Shown here piece by piece: positions 31,430-45,765 of a stretch of DNA of 64,000 bases (positions are counted from its first letter, which is position 1; the number at the start of each line of letters is the position of its first letter). The notes beneath the pieces are model-generated. The model ran no database searches. It was not told where the DNA came from and worked only from the letters and a program-made list of their open reading frames with translations. This DNA comes from the human T2T-CHM13v2.0 reference genome, Homo sapiens: assembly GCF_009914755.1 (NCBI RefSeq), contig NC_060936.1; one strand, 5' to 3'. The position numbers and the translations under genes are program-made.

Positions 31430-31689
31430 TAATAGTCCCTTCTTTATTAATGTCAGTTTGGTTTCCCATTCCTGCTTTCACTGGCACCCTCTTATAGGCT
31501 ATTCATAGTCACTGTACCTTACAATTTGCTTCCTACTGAACATTTACACTCCATCTTTTATTTTTACTGACTGCGTGTAACATAATTTGTCAACATTCAC
31601 CTTTTCAAAAAGGCATATAATGACTATTAGTACACCATAGCAGACCACTTAAATATAGAAACTCAATAATCTATAGCATTTTTATGTAA

Positions 31690-32003
<314 letters not shown>

Positions 32004-32415
32004 TCATATTTTCATTTTAAAAAAAATCAATTTATCACAAGATTTTTTTCCTTCCTATACTTATACAAAAAAGATCACAGGGTAAAGATGCACCATTTTT
32101 TAATAGCTTAAATGTCTATTTATCAACTCCCTGAAAGTACAGTAGAGCACACAAGCCACTTTGGTCCTCTCAGCTGGGCAAGTAATTGATCTGTCTGCCC
32201 ACATCCCTGGGATGATTAATTACACCATGCATCCAGCAAGGCTCCATTAGGCCTGGCTTGTGCAAGCCAGCAATGTAGATGCACACACTCAAGATGGCCA
32301 CCGCAAGAGACCATGCTGCCAAAGACAAAGGTATAAATGCTACACTGAATGCTGTCACACTTTTTGGCCCCAAAGTTCACTAACTTGAAAGATTCCCATT
32401 AAAACTTGACTCTGA

Positions 32416-32579
32416 AGCAAGTGTGGTGGTGCCCACTCACAATTCCCTGCTGCCTGGGAGGTTCAGGTGGGAAGATCACTTGAGCCCATAGGGTGATATG
32501 ATTGTGCCTGTGAACAGCTATTGCACTCCAGCCAGGGCAACACAGTGAGACGCCATCTCTAAGACAAACAAGCAAACAA
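32416..32579 (+). mobile_element. FAM (fossil Alu monomer)
   Basis: Contains the 7SL-derived tgcctgtgaacagctattgcactccagcc segment absent from dimeric Alus; perfect TSD AAAACTTGACTCTG. Confidence 0.8.
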
Positions 32580-34108
32580 AAAACTTGACTCTGCTTAAGT
32601 AAAACTTAGGTAAAAAAATCTCCCAAATTAAATTTTACAGGGGACTCACATAAAACCTCACTTACGATTTAAGCCCCATTATTCAGAATTCCTAAGTACA
32701 TTTCCTTACTTCTAAGTAGCTACTGATGTTAAAACACATGCTGTATTTATTAACTTTAGAAAAAAGAAACATCACTACATAAAATGTACAGATTGGTTTT
32801 TAAGACATACAGGCTTTCCAAAAACATTAAAATATTTTAAAATAGCAGTTGTAGTCCAAAAATATAGTAATTTTGACAAGGTTTGGACTGTTATACTTAG
32901 GAACGCACATATAGTAAGGAAGTATAATTTTAAGAGACTACTATACTCAATAGAACTATTTTAAAGTACTGTTAAATGTATCCTTTTATACAAAACTTGA
33001 TGTGCCAACATGCCTTTATTCCATGTAAAGCCTCTTGAAAATTAGTTTCCTTTGAGTTAATAAAATGCATTTAATTCCCTTATGTGGCATTTTGTTTATG
33101 GGGATAGGATGTCTTTTTTTTTTTTTTAATAATTTCACACAATGAATGGTCAGGTTTAATAATTCAGTGATGGTCACCAGGGTCATGGGACAGCCTGCGA
33201 TTCTAAAGTAACTTGATTTCTCTCTGGGGTTCATTTTCCTCTTTTATTGAATATAGATAACAGATGCTTACCTTTAAGCATTAGACCAGGGCCTTAATAA
33301 TCATCCAGAGCTACAGAGATGTAAGTTGGTGTTCTCTTATTCTTTCTCCTAAATATGAGAGCATAAAGTCCACAGAAAGAAAATACAGCTAGGCAGTTAA
33401 ATTTTACAGCCGTTTAGAGAAAACTGAGTCAGAAATAGTATAACAAAGGAAGCACTATGGATTCATGTTTCAGAGGACCCAGCTGGTCTGACCACACCAG
33501 AAAAAGAGCAGCTGAGCGGGTACTCTGCTTTCCCTAAGCTGTTAGTGGACAATCTCTACTTCAGAAGTATGGAAAACACAGTGATGTCTTGATTCATCAT
33601 GAGCACTTTTCAGGTAACACATTCTGAAGTCTATTGAAAGAGTACTCTTCAGGGAGCATTCCTGCCTGGCCACCAGCTGAAAAGAGGAGTGATTCAAGTT
33701 TTAGGCAGATTTCCTAATTTAATTAAATGGGAGCATAGCAAAGAGATACTTTCCAGTTTGACCCCATGTGAAGCTCAACTATGTGGATGCTAAGTTATGG
33801 GAAGCTTATCAACTGAGTGAGCATTTGCAGGGGCCAATGTTATAAAACTGAAGTCTGAGGTGGCCCCTTCCATGCACAAGGACCCAATTGCTGCTGTTTT
33901 TCTCAACTGAGGATGTCAAAGTCACTCAAACTTATTTTTTTATTTTTCTATGGAAAAGAACTTAAAAGCATAAATTAAGGCCACTGCACTAAAGGAAAAA
34001 CAAGCTTAGAGATAACTCAAGAATGGACTGATGGATGGACACAGAAATGGGTACACACACAGATAAATGATAAAGCAAATCTAACAAAATGTGAATTACA
34101 GAATCTAG

Positions 34109-34481
<373 letters not shown>

Positions 34482-35539
34482 GAAAATTTTCATAGTAAAA
34501 TGCTGGGGGAGAAAATAATTCCGAGTTATAATCAAAATAAAGGAGGCAGCAGGCCCCACTGTGAAAAACCTCAGCCCTGAGGGCAAGACACTTGGTTCCT
34601 GGCCCAACCCCAGGAACTCACAGAGTTTAGAACCCCAAAGGGCATTGGCAATCCTCTAGGGCAGGTTAAATACATGGTTTTATGAGTCCATGAAAATTTA
34701 GAAAAATAGAAACAATATTTTCATAAAACTATTTGATTTAAAAACTGTTGTTTTGCTGAGGTTATATGCCTCTATGCTTCTGGTTTTAAAAATCCTTTAT
34801 TTCATGAAACACTGGTGATGGTAGATGACAGATTTGATTATGTCCATACTTGACAAAATAAAGTTAATAACCTCATGTCAGTCTTCTCAATATTTCTGAA
34901 ATGATAAAAGGTTACAGAATAAAATAAAAATTCTGAGAACTACCAATGCAGTTCAATGACCCCATTTTGTAAGACGAAACTGAGGCCCAGAGTGGGGGGG
35001 GCAGTAGCCAACTCGACAACTGTAGGCAGTTCACCAACTCAAAGGGTTAAAAAGGTGACTCACTTAATCATAGGTGGGATGCCTATCCAAGGAACAAATC
35101 CCAGGTTACACATACAGGGATGGAAGCCTCTTGTAAGAATCACCCACATGGCTGACTTTTCAGTGCTGCCACTGGTCTTCTGAACATAATCTCTGTCAGC
35201 TCAGCATTTAGAGTAAATTTCTTACAGAAACCAGTTTCTGAATTTTGATGTTAGTCCTTCAGCCATGCTTGCACAAACATAGGTGAACAGTGACATAATA
35301 CAAGTGCATAAGGAGATGCGAATTTACTACATTCGAGACTATCATCCACTGGTCTTATTTTTTCTAAGCTTTTCTCATAGCCAAATGGCCGGCACAGAAT
35401 TTTATGTAGAATATTGTGAAAAAACAGAATACATTTTCTTTGTAAGCTAATATTCAGGGAAACCCGAGATGACATTTGATAACAATACAAGTAGCAGACT
35501 ACAAAACGTGAGATTTCAACTGATTGAAGAAATGCAATT

Positions 35540-35834
<295 letters not shown>

Positions 35835-36076
35835 GGAAATGCACTCAATAAACCTGCATTTAAACTACAAAAATAATATAAATAGATGAATATCAAATTA
35901 AAACCATGTCTAATAAAGGGAAAAAGGTAAATATCTTAGACTAATTAAAAAAGGGGAAACTATAGAAGTTGAACTTTTGTTTTATAAAATAAACATCCAT
36001 TCACCAAATATGTCTGTCATTACCCTACCTGCCTAGACAAATGAGATGAGCAAAAGAAATAAAATAACAGGGAGCA

Positions 36077-36380
36077 GGTGGGGTACAGTGACTCACACCT
36101 GCAATCCCAGCATTTTGGGAGGCCAAGGTGGGTGCATTACTTGAGGCCAGGAGTTCAAGACCAGCCTGGGCAACATGAGGAAACTCGTCCCTACTAAAAA
36201 TACAAAAATTAGCCAGGCGTGGTGGCATGTGCCTGTAGTCATAGCTACTCAGGAGGCTGAGGCATGAGAATTGCTGGAACTGGGGAGGCAGGTGTTGTAG
36301 TGAGCCAAGATTGTGCCACTGCACTTCAACCTGGGTGACAGAGCGAGACTATCTCAAAAAAACAAACAAATGAACAAACA
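36077..36380 (+). mobile_element. Alu (old S)
   Basis: Dimer with an (AAAC)n-like tail. Confidence 0.9.
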
Positions 36381-37452
36381 ACAATGAGCAGAGCTCTGGT
36401 GTGTCATGCTAGCCAGGTTTATACCCCTGTGGCTGAAGAGCTACATCATCTTATATTAACATGTAATACTCATTTATTGGTACAAACCTTCAAGCCATAT
36501 AGCCATATTTAGTTCCAAAGCTGGCCTGAGTCTTTATCCCTTCTATGGCATTTTTGGGGCAGTTTTGAATTCCTAGCCTAGACAGCTCCCCAAGGTCTGC
36601 AAGGCAGGGCAGCAGGCACATTCAGACACAAACACTATTTGCCTGTTGACACATTTGTCTATTTGGTCATTTCATCTGTCTTCTAATATGTGCCTGAAAC
36701 AAATAAGGTACTCAAATATTTGTTGACTGAGTTATCTATAGTAGTAGAATCTTCGAAACTATCTGCCCAGCCCTAACTACCACCACCTCCTTTTTAAAGA
36801 ACTGCCCATTTTCAGGGGTGGGTCCTGGCAGCCATAATCACCTGTGGAGAAGGTGGACATCTGAGACAAACTGAACCAATTGGAGTCTCTCTCCCAAAAA
36901 TTCAAAATTGGAATTGAAGCCACAGTTGATGTGGTCTGGTTGCTTGTTGGTGGCATGGAGAAGTCACCCGTGCCCTGGTGAAAGACTGAAAGAATGGCCA
37001 CTTTGTTGCTGAATAGCTTTCTAGTTCAGGGTTCCAGTCCCTTGTAAAATCCAAGTTATTCCTATACTTGGGTTCTATAAGACAGTTGGTATCTAATCAC
37101 CATTTCCTTCCCCCCACCACCCCAAAGTTAGCTCAAAGGCATTTCTATGAGTTGCAACCAAGGGCAGTAAGTAGCTAAAAGGAGTAGGATGGTTATTCTA
37201 GTACTTTACATGTTCTAAGCCTGATATGAAATAGAAGCCATAGAGGAGATTAGGTATGACCACCCAAATATTAAATTTTGCATTGCAAAGAAAAAAAATG
37301 AAGTTAAAAAATGAACATGTTAGAAAAAATATCACAACATAATAGGCCAAGGGTGAACAGCCTTAAAATATAAAGAGCTCTTATAAATATGAAACATTAT
37401 CTCAACAGAAAAATGAATATAAACAGGAAAACCGTAAAAAGATCTCTAAATG

Positions 37453-37781
<329 letters not shown>

Positions 37782-38157
37782 CTATGACATATAAGTATAT
37801 ACATCTGTTTATTCATTTTCTTCAATAATCAAACAGATTACAATGAAGTATATTTCATCTATCAGATCACTGACAAATATTAAAGGCTTAATACTAAAGT
37901 GGTAGACACTGCTGGCTGCAGTGTGAATTGATACAACCAATCTGATATGTATCACAGTTGTGAATGTGCATAGCTTCTAACCAAGCTTTCCATGTCTAGA
38001 AATTAATCATAAGGAAACAACTGAATGAGCTGAAGAAAACATATGAAGATATTCACTAAAAGCCTAAAAGTAAATCTAAATGTTCAATGGGAGATTCATG
38101 AATGGGAAGCCCTTCAATGGAATATTAGGCAGTCGACATATAAGAATATATGTTGGA

Positions 38158-38478
<321 letters not shown>

Positions 38479-39342
38479 TAATATACGTTGAAGAGGGGAC
38501 CATTTTATATTCTTAAGTGAAGGAGACATGTTATAAGACATGTAAACATATGATCAGCTTTTATTTTTTTTAAAAAAATACCTATATAAAAAATCTGAGA
38601 GACCAAATCTAAAATACTAACAGTGGCTAATGAATTAACAAACATTTTTCACTCTGTTCTTCATATCTTTTACTAGTCTATATTATCTGAATTTCCTATA
38701 ATGAGTATCTCATGGTTAAAAATGTTTTAAGTATTTCATTAGACACAGTGAAAAACCACCAAAGGTAGGCGTTCCACAGAACTGGATATGAATCCAAGAT
38801 CTGCCACTTAAAAAGCTTTGTTACTTTGAACAAATAACTTACCTACGTTGCATTCATCTCATTAAATCCTTATACATAAAGTGCTTAATAGAGAACCTAC
38901 ACACAGGACTAGCTCAACAAATGACTATTGCATTTAGCAATTTTTAATGCCTCTAATAAAGTATAAATAGGGATAATCCTATCACTATATGGTATATGGG
39001 AGATGGGCCAAACAAATCAAATGCTATACCATTCTTAAGCTAATAATTTGCAAAGTATCTACTGTAGTACCAAACTGGAAAGCTAGTGAAAACCACTTAT
39101 CTAAAAAAACAACTTGGGAAAGGCTCCTCAACTCTTTGCCATAACATTATGTTGTATAATTAGGTTCAATCCTGCATCTTTTGCACCATAATTAAGGGCA
39201 TCTGCTCTCCTTACATGGTCAGTAGGAAACACAGTCAATTATGGAGGGTCACAGAAGTAATGCAGATAAGTCAGAATGAAAATCACAGTTAAATAACTGC
39301 AGTCCCACCTACTCTCTCCCCCTTCTCCCCCATCTGCAAGGA

Positions 39343-39743
39343 TGACAAAGATTCTCTCCTCCACCAAACTTGAGTCAGGCCTCTCTTCTCTACTAAGTCA
39401 CAACGTTGGCGCCAATCCTGTTCCTTAAGCAAGAATCCTGTTAAGTCAGGTTAGCAAGAATCCCCCAAACTTGATACCTGCTCAAGTTCCTCATTCCCCA
39501 CCTTTGATGTTACAAGTCTTTGGTCTGCTTTCAGCAAGAATCCTGCTAGGTCAGTTGAGTTTGGTTTAATGTCCCCGCTGAGTAACTTTCCATTCCACTG
39601 ACCCCTCACACTCTACTCTTTGCCTACAAGTACCAGCTGTCAACGTGGTATTGAGCTGGGTTGTTTTCCTATATTGCAACAGACTTGAGTAAAGTCTTCC
39701 CCAGCATTGTAACAAGTGTCAGAATAATTTTTTTTCTCTAACA
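39343..39743 (+). mobile_element. MER31-like ERV1 solo LTR
   Basis: TGACAAAGATTCTCTCC start, internal repeats of AGCAAGAATCC, ends ...TCTAACA. Confidence 0.75.
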
Positions 39744-42700
39744 GCAGGGAAGGTCTTGGGCCTTCAGGTACAAAGCTAATCATAAGCTGGTTGGAAAAAA
39801 CAAGTTTGCTTCCCTAATGTGACTTAAAGGCTCCAAATACTGAGATTTAAAATTACCCAGAAGCATTAAGACATTAAAATCAAAACAAAACTCCTGGTGC
39901 TGGTCCCTTTGAACCTTAATAGTCTATTTCATTTTAATTTAATTTCAAAGAAAGTACAAAAGGGGAAAGATTATGCTATAAAATTTTCTTGAGGATAATG
40001 ACTATGTCTTATTATATTATGAATCCAGCATGGGACCAATGCTGGACACATAGTAGGAGTGCAATGATTTCATCAATTGAGAGAAATAATGGAAGCAGAT
40101 GAATGATTATTTCCTGAAAAATGATAGCAAAAATTCAAGGGGACAAGCTAACTAATCCTCCCTTTAAATTAGGCAAATCACAGAACTATAAAGGCACCAG
40201 AGTTTATTTCTACCAAACATTGAGAATTAAAAATAACTCTTGAACATTAATGTATTTTTAGACAACAATTCCAGTATGCAGTTTTACATTTTCAACTAGT
40301 ACTGCTGTAACCTTAATTAAAAGCACTGTATAGTGGGGTCATAGCAGAGATGCGGATGTCTACCTAAACTGGGACTGAAACATATAGTAAACACCCCCCT
40401 GCATGGTTAAACCCTTTGCCTGAAGCATCACCAGTCCTTGAAAGAAGCTGATGCATTTTCCTAAGAAAAGAGACATCCCCAGGAGCTCCACCTAAGGGGG
40501 ATGATTTCTTTATAATGCTATATCTGAAATATGAAGGAACGCTTAGCTGTCTGCTTTAAAATAGGAAATTAATACCTTTTGCAAGTCACCAGAAAGGTAG
40601 CTGAAATAGCTCAGGCTACTCTGGACTTGTAACTCATCTGCAGATACCCTCACCCACTCCTTTTTATCCTTACATAAGAGTAGAGAACCTCAAGTTTCTT
40701 CAGTTGCAAAAGTCAAACAGGAAGTTTCCAAGCAGGAGTTCTGCAAAGAGGTATCAGTCAGTAAGAGGGGCAGGTATGCCAGGAAAAGTTAGAAGGGAAA
40801 AAGAAAGGCCAGGGGATTTCCGAGCTTTGGGGCAAGAAAGAAATAGCGGTTTTTGTGTCTTCACCACCACCCAGCCAACTAATGCCATTTATTGGTAATA
40901 AGCAATTAGTGCCAATGACCAAGGAGACAGACAGCCTGCAGAGTCCAAAACAAATCCAAATACCTGTAGGCAGCTGGCTGGATTTAAATAAGGTTATTCC
41001 ATCAAAAATTTCATAATTTTCAACTCTGTGAGACATACACTTATATGATATACATTTAACAGACACTCTCAAAGTAGCTTTTGTTTCTACTTATGTCCAG
41101 GGGTACTTTTATAAGAAATAGGAAAAAAAATTTATAGTTATAGCTATAACCGAAGTAAAATTAGCTATACTTAATGTATTCTTTCTGTACAAGTAAACAA
41201 ATGTATCACTGATAAAAACCTGAATATGATGCATTAACATACACAATATTGTTGCTCAAAACCACAACACATTCTTTGGCATTCCCTACGTCTGTAGTTT
41301 CAGGCACAAATTCCATGCCTGCTGGCATCTCTAAGACCAACTGTTTCATCAACAGGATAAAAATTGGGCAAACAGGTAAAAAAAGAAAAAAAGCCAAAAT
41401 GGGTTCCCAACCCATTATAAAAATGAACCAACCTCCACTTGGGTGGTATTTGAGAGAAAGGAAGTAGCTGCCGCCTGGTCTCTGGGTCAGACTGTTGCTC
41501 CCCAAGGGCTTTATCAAATGAGCAAACCAAACAGGCTCAGCCACTGATTTCAAAGCCAAACTTAAAACTTGCTAATGCATGTTTTTAGAAAGATTTTAGC
41601 TTAGTAGATGTTATCTATAACTACAATGCTTTACAGAGCTTTACAACCTTGCAAATACCCCTTAGCCAAGTGGCTAAACTTTTCAGCTGTAATAGGAAGC
41701 TTTTCAAGAGCTGGGAAATTCCATCTAGGACAATGCCAATGAATACTGAAATGAACGAAAATCTTCAGTTTCTGCAACCTCAAGTCTAGCAGGGATTGCT
41801 TACGGCTAATTCTCTAGTTCTATAGCCTATAGAGTCTCTCTTCTTGAAAGGGATTAACAGTAAGTGGCAAAAGATTAGACCATTTCTCCTTAATTTTTCT
41901 ACCATCTCAAAGGGTCAGTCATCAACATTAACTCATTGACCAAAAGATGTCAATTTTTCCTCCCAAGGAAGGCTTGGAACGTGACTCACTTTCTAGAGAG
42001 GTAAACAGATCACTTCTGATTCAGGCATTAGCTCCTTAGTACAGTTCTTATCACCACAATTTGAGCAATCTTCCTACCTATTCAACCCCTCTCAGGTACC
42101 TTCTAGTACAAAGAGAACAGAATTTCTTCTCCCAGTAAATCCTGTAGGAAAGGGCAGCATTACTGGTGGCAGCTTCTGATCACAGCCACAGTCCCTACTT
42201 GTCTTTCTCTTTCCTTCCCTATTTCAGCCATTTTGATCATTCAGGATGCATTTTTGCAGGAAGATAAACTAACAGTTCAAGATATAAGGAAGCGGTACAG
42301 TATATTATCTGACAGGGTTAAAGGTGAGAAGAGAGAGATGGCCAAGACTTTAGTGGCTATTCCTGGGTACAGATGAATACATCATAATTTAATCTACTGT
42401 AGAGAACGAGTTTGGTGTTGCGAGCTCTGGAGTCAGACTGCCTGGGTTCACACACAGGCTTGACCCTGGGCAAGTTGCTTAATCACTCAGTGCTTCTGTA
42501 TTCTCAACTATAATATGGAAATGATAGTGCCTACCTCATTAGGCTTTTATGAAAATCAGATGATATAAAACAGTATAAGCACTAAAGAGTAAGCATTAAC
42601 TATGTTAGCCATTACCAATAGTATATATTTAAGAAGAATGAGGTAATTCTGTGTTTACTTATGAATACTGTTAATGACATAGTGTTTTGTGAAAATGCTA

Positions 42701-43393
42701 CAGAATAATATGCTTAGTATGAGTCTATTTTGAGAAGAAAAAAGAAACGCATGATATGTATTTATGAGGGCATCCAAAGAAGTCTGAAAGCCAAATATCA
42801 CCCAAACATTGAACCCTCATTACTCCTAGGGAGTAGGTGAGGGCTGGGGAAGAGGGGCTGACTTTTTTTTTTTTTTTTTAAATAGGTCTTTGCTTGAATT
42901 ATCACACATGTATTATTTTTGCCACTAACTTTAAAATTTGTAACATTTTACAGTGGCCTTCCTAGGCTTCAAGTTGAATATCTCTCACGTTTTATTCTAG
43001 GAAAAAAAAATTAACTTTTTAGGGATGCGGAAATGGAGGCCCAGAGAGGATGGGGGGAGCCCTCTAAGCACTCTCTCATGCGTGTCTCATTGCATCCTGT
43101 GCCTACCATAGGCATGCAAACACTCTGAAATTCGTTCTTTCCTTTCCCTCATGCTTATCTGAGGCTTTCCTTTTACTGTGTCCAAACGGCTTCCACCTTC
43201 AGTGTTTCAGTATCTTCTTTCCTACCTCTCATAACTTTCTCACCATTGCCTGCTTTTCCTTCTCGCCTTGACAGGCGCCCTCGCCCTGGGAAACTCACTG
43301 GAGTGGGGACAGATCTCAGGCGTTTGGCAGTCACAAGGACCCCCATCTACACAATTATACCACAGGGTATGCCTCCAAGTTGCTGTCTCGTAA

Positions 43394-43742
<349 letters not shown>

Positions 43743-45283
43743 TAACGTTTTTATTTCAGTCAAGAAATAGTGTTTGGTATGTTTGGCAGGCTCTTTTTTC
43801 TCCTTTAGGTCTTTCCTTACACAGGTGTTTATTTTTGCTTTGGCTTTCTCTTGGAAGTTACAATGCTATTTTGTACCTTCGCCACCCACAACGTTCTCTT
43901 CCGTGCTCATCTTTTATGATGTGTTAATTTTTACTGTCTGAGCTCCCATCAAAGCGCATTTCTGCCTCCTCACTTTCACACTCCAATCGTCTAGCCCCAT
44001 TTATACACGTTTTCCATTTCAGCCCATGGAGAAACGCTTTATAGGATGATGGGAGAAGGAAAGGAGAATTAGAGATAATAAGCAGAGCAGATTCCAAGCA
44101 GTCTCTCCCACCGGAACCCTTAGGGTCGGGAACCAAGCCTGCCCCGGGGTATCCGGGCCACCAGAACAGGGTCAGCATCAAGGCGCCCAGGCATTGGAAG
44201 AGCTGATTGGTTCCCGGACGAACCAATCAACCAGCGAGGCCGTGCACGGATAGGGGAGGGCCAAAACTACCGAGGGGATGGGGTTAAAGGAAAAGGCGCA
44301 GGTGTGCCAGCCACCAGGTTTTGCGTGCACTTTTGCACTCCCTGGTTCATTAATAACCTTGAATTCTATTCTAAATGTCTCCTAGTTTTCCCGTTTCGTA
44401 CAGCTGAGGTAGTAGATAGAAGGGAAAACGTTACTTATCTTACCATTCATAAGATGGTTATTAATAGTCAGTGGAAAAGTGGCCATGGAGCTGGGGGAAG
44501 GGCAATAAAATCCTCCACCTCTCCTTTCCCGATTCCACTCTGGGTCGTCAACCTAACTCAGTCGGTTCCTGAAATAGCTGATCAGTCAAACGCAAGCTTA
44601 ATCACCAAAGCGGATTACCAAAATGTTATATTAGACAGTTGGAATAAGTTTCCCCCTCCCCAAGGGCTGAGGGAAATAGTACTGGCATTTACCGAAAGCG
44701 CAGCATTTTACTACCTGCTAAAGGAGAAGCGGAGGAACTCGCGGGCTGAAAGTGAGAGAAACTGAGACCTTCGGAAATGTACAACCACGCACTCGGACAC
44801 GGCCACCTCCCGGAATCGGACACAAGCTCCCAGGCGCAGTGACATCTCCTCCAAGCCTCCACCCCCATAAACTCTTCATCACGCGGGGGCGTCAACTATA
44901 TTTTGGGAGGGTGGGGGTACAGATAGCAGATTTTCCTTATGTGTTTCAAACTTCAGAGCTTTTCTGCCCGTTTTTTTTCCCCAAGTGACAGAGACCCCGG
45001 ATTCACAGACCTGTCTCACCTTAGCTTTCCCACGCTCCAGCGCTGCCACCCACCCCTCCACCACCCATACCGGGGCTGGAGACGCCGCGTCCTTGGGCTG
45101 GGGGAAGAGGGAGTGGGGAGAAGAGGGAAATGGCCAGTGTAAGTAAAGAGCTCCCCGCCGAGGCCTGGACGCCGGCAGCTAGTGAGAGCCCTGAGGCCGA
45201 GAAGCAGGGAGAGAAGAGGGCTGGAACCGTGCGGGGAAGGGCCGCGAGGAGAGCAGGGGCGCCGCCGGTGTCGCTGCACTCAC

Positions 45284-45528
45284 TCTGCGTAGCCAGTGGC
45301 CCAGGGCAGCCGCCGAGTCTCCTTGAGGATGAGGATGGGGCGGGCGATGTGGTCGGCGCTGCACTCCACCTCGTCCTGAGACAGCCCCAGGAACTCTGGC
45401 CGCCCGTAGGGGAAACGCAGGGGCAGGTCCGAGCCTCCGCAGCTGCCGCCGCCGTGCTCGGAGCCTGAGCTGCCAGCCATGATGCCGCCCATGAAATTGG
45501 CCACGGCAGATTTCACTCGAGTGAGCAT
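45284..45528 (-). CDS. PPM1H: PPM1H coding exon 1 (protein phosphatase Mg2+/Mn2+-dependent 1H, N-terminal 81 codons plus 2 nt)
   Basis: Translation MLTRVKSAVANFMGGIMAGSSGSEHGGGSCGGSDLPLRFPYGRPEFLGLSQDEVECSADHIARPILILKETRRLPWATGYAE matches the PPM1H N-terminus as I recall it. ATG at 45528 has A at -3. Consensus donor GA|GTGAGT (plus-strand actcac 45278-45283), so the ORF-track TGA is really part of the splice donor. Confidence 0.96.
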
Positions 45529-45529
45529 A

Positions 45530-45601
45530 TTACTCCGGCGCCCGGCTGCAGCGGTGCGAGCAGGAGGCGGCGGGGGCCGGGCAAGGCGCAGCGCGGGGCA
45601 T
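45530..45601 (-). other. Upstream ORF 2 (23 aa, MPRAAPCPAPAASCSHRCSRAPE*) ending 1 nt before the PPM1H ATG
   Basis: ATG at 45601, 24 codons, TAA at 45532-45530, junction GAG TAA T ATG. Weak Kozak context (TGC ATG C). Confidence 0.7.
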
Positions 45602-45672
45602 GCAGGCTGCGGTGGGCGCCGGGCGCACGGCGAGTCGGGCCACTGGGACGCGCCGCGCGCGGCTCCCAGAGC

Positions 45673-45765
45673 CTAGTGCTGCAGGGGGCCGAGCCCCGGC
45701 CTCTCGTGCTTAGTGCCGCGGTGGCCGCCGCCTCCCCCCGCTACACTTCCGCAACGGAGCTGCAT
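45673..45765 (-). other. Upstream ORF 1 (30 aa, MQLRCGSVAGGGGGHRGTKHERPGLGPLQH*)
   Basis: ATG at 45765 to TAG at 45675-45673, weak Kozak context. Present in mRNA only if the TSS is upstream of 45765. Confidence 0.5.

Noticed and set aside
39430-39550. Repeated AGCAAGAATCC units resembling a repeat-spacer array
   Set aside because: Internal repeats of a MER31-like LTR; irregular spacing, eukaryotic context and no cas genes, so not CRISPR.
44304-44765. 153-aa plus-strand ORF
   Set aside because: Starts at GTG, has no recognisable homology or exon structure, and is consistent with chance.
45496-45505. ATTGGCCACG as an ERSE-II element
   Set aside because: Lacks the 1-nt spacer of ATTGG-N-CCACG and lies within coding sequence.
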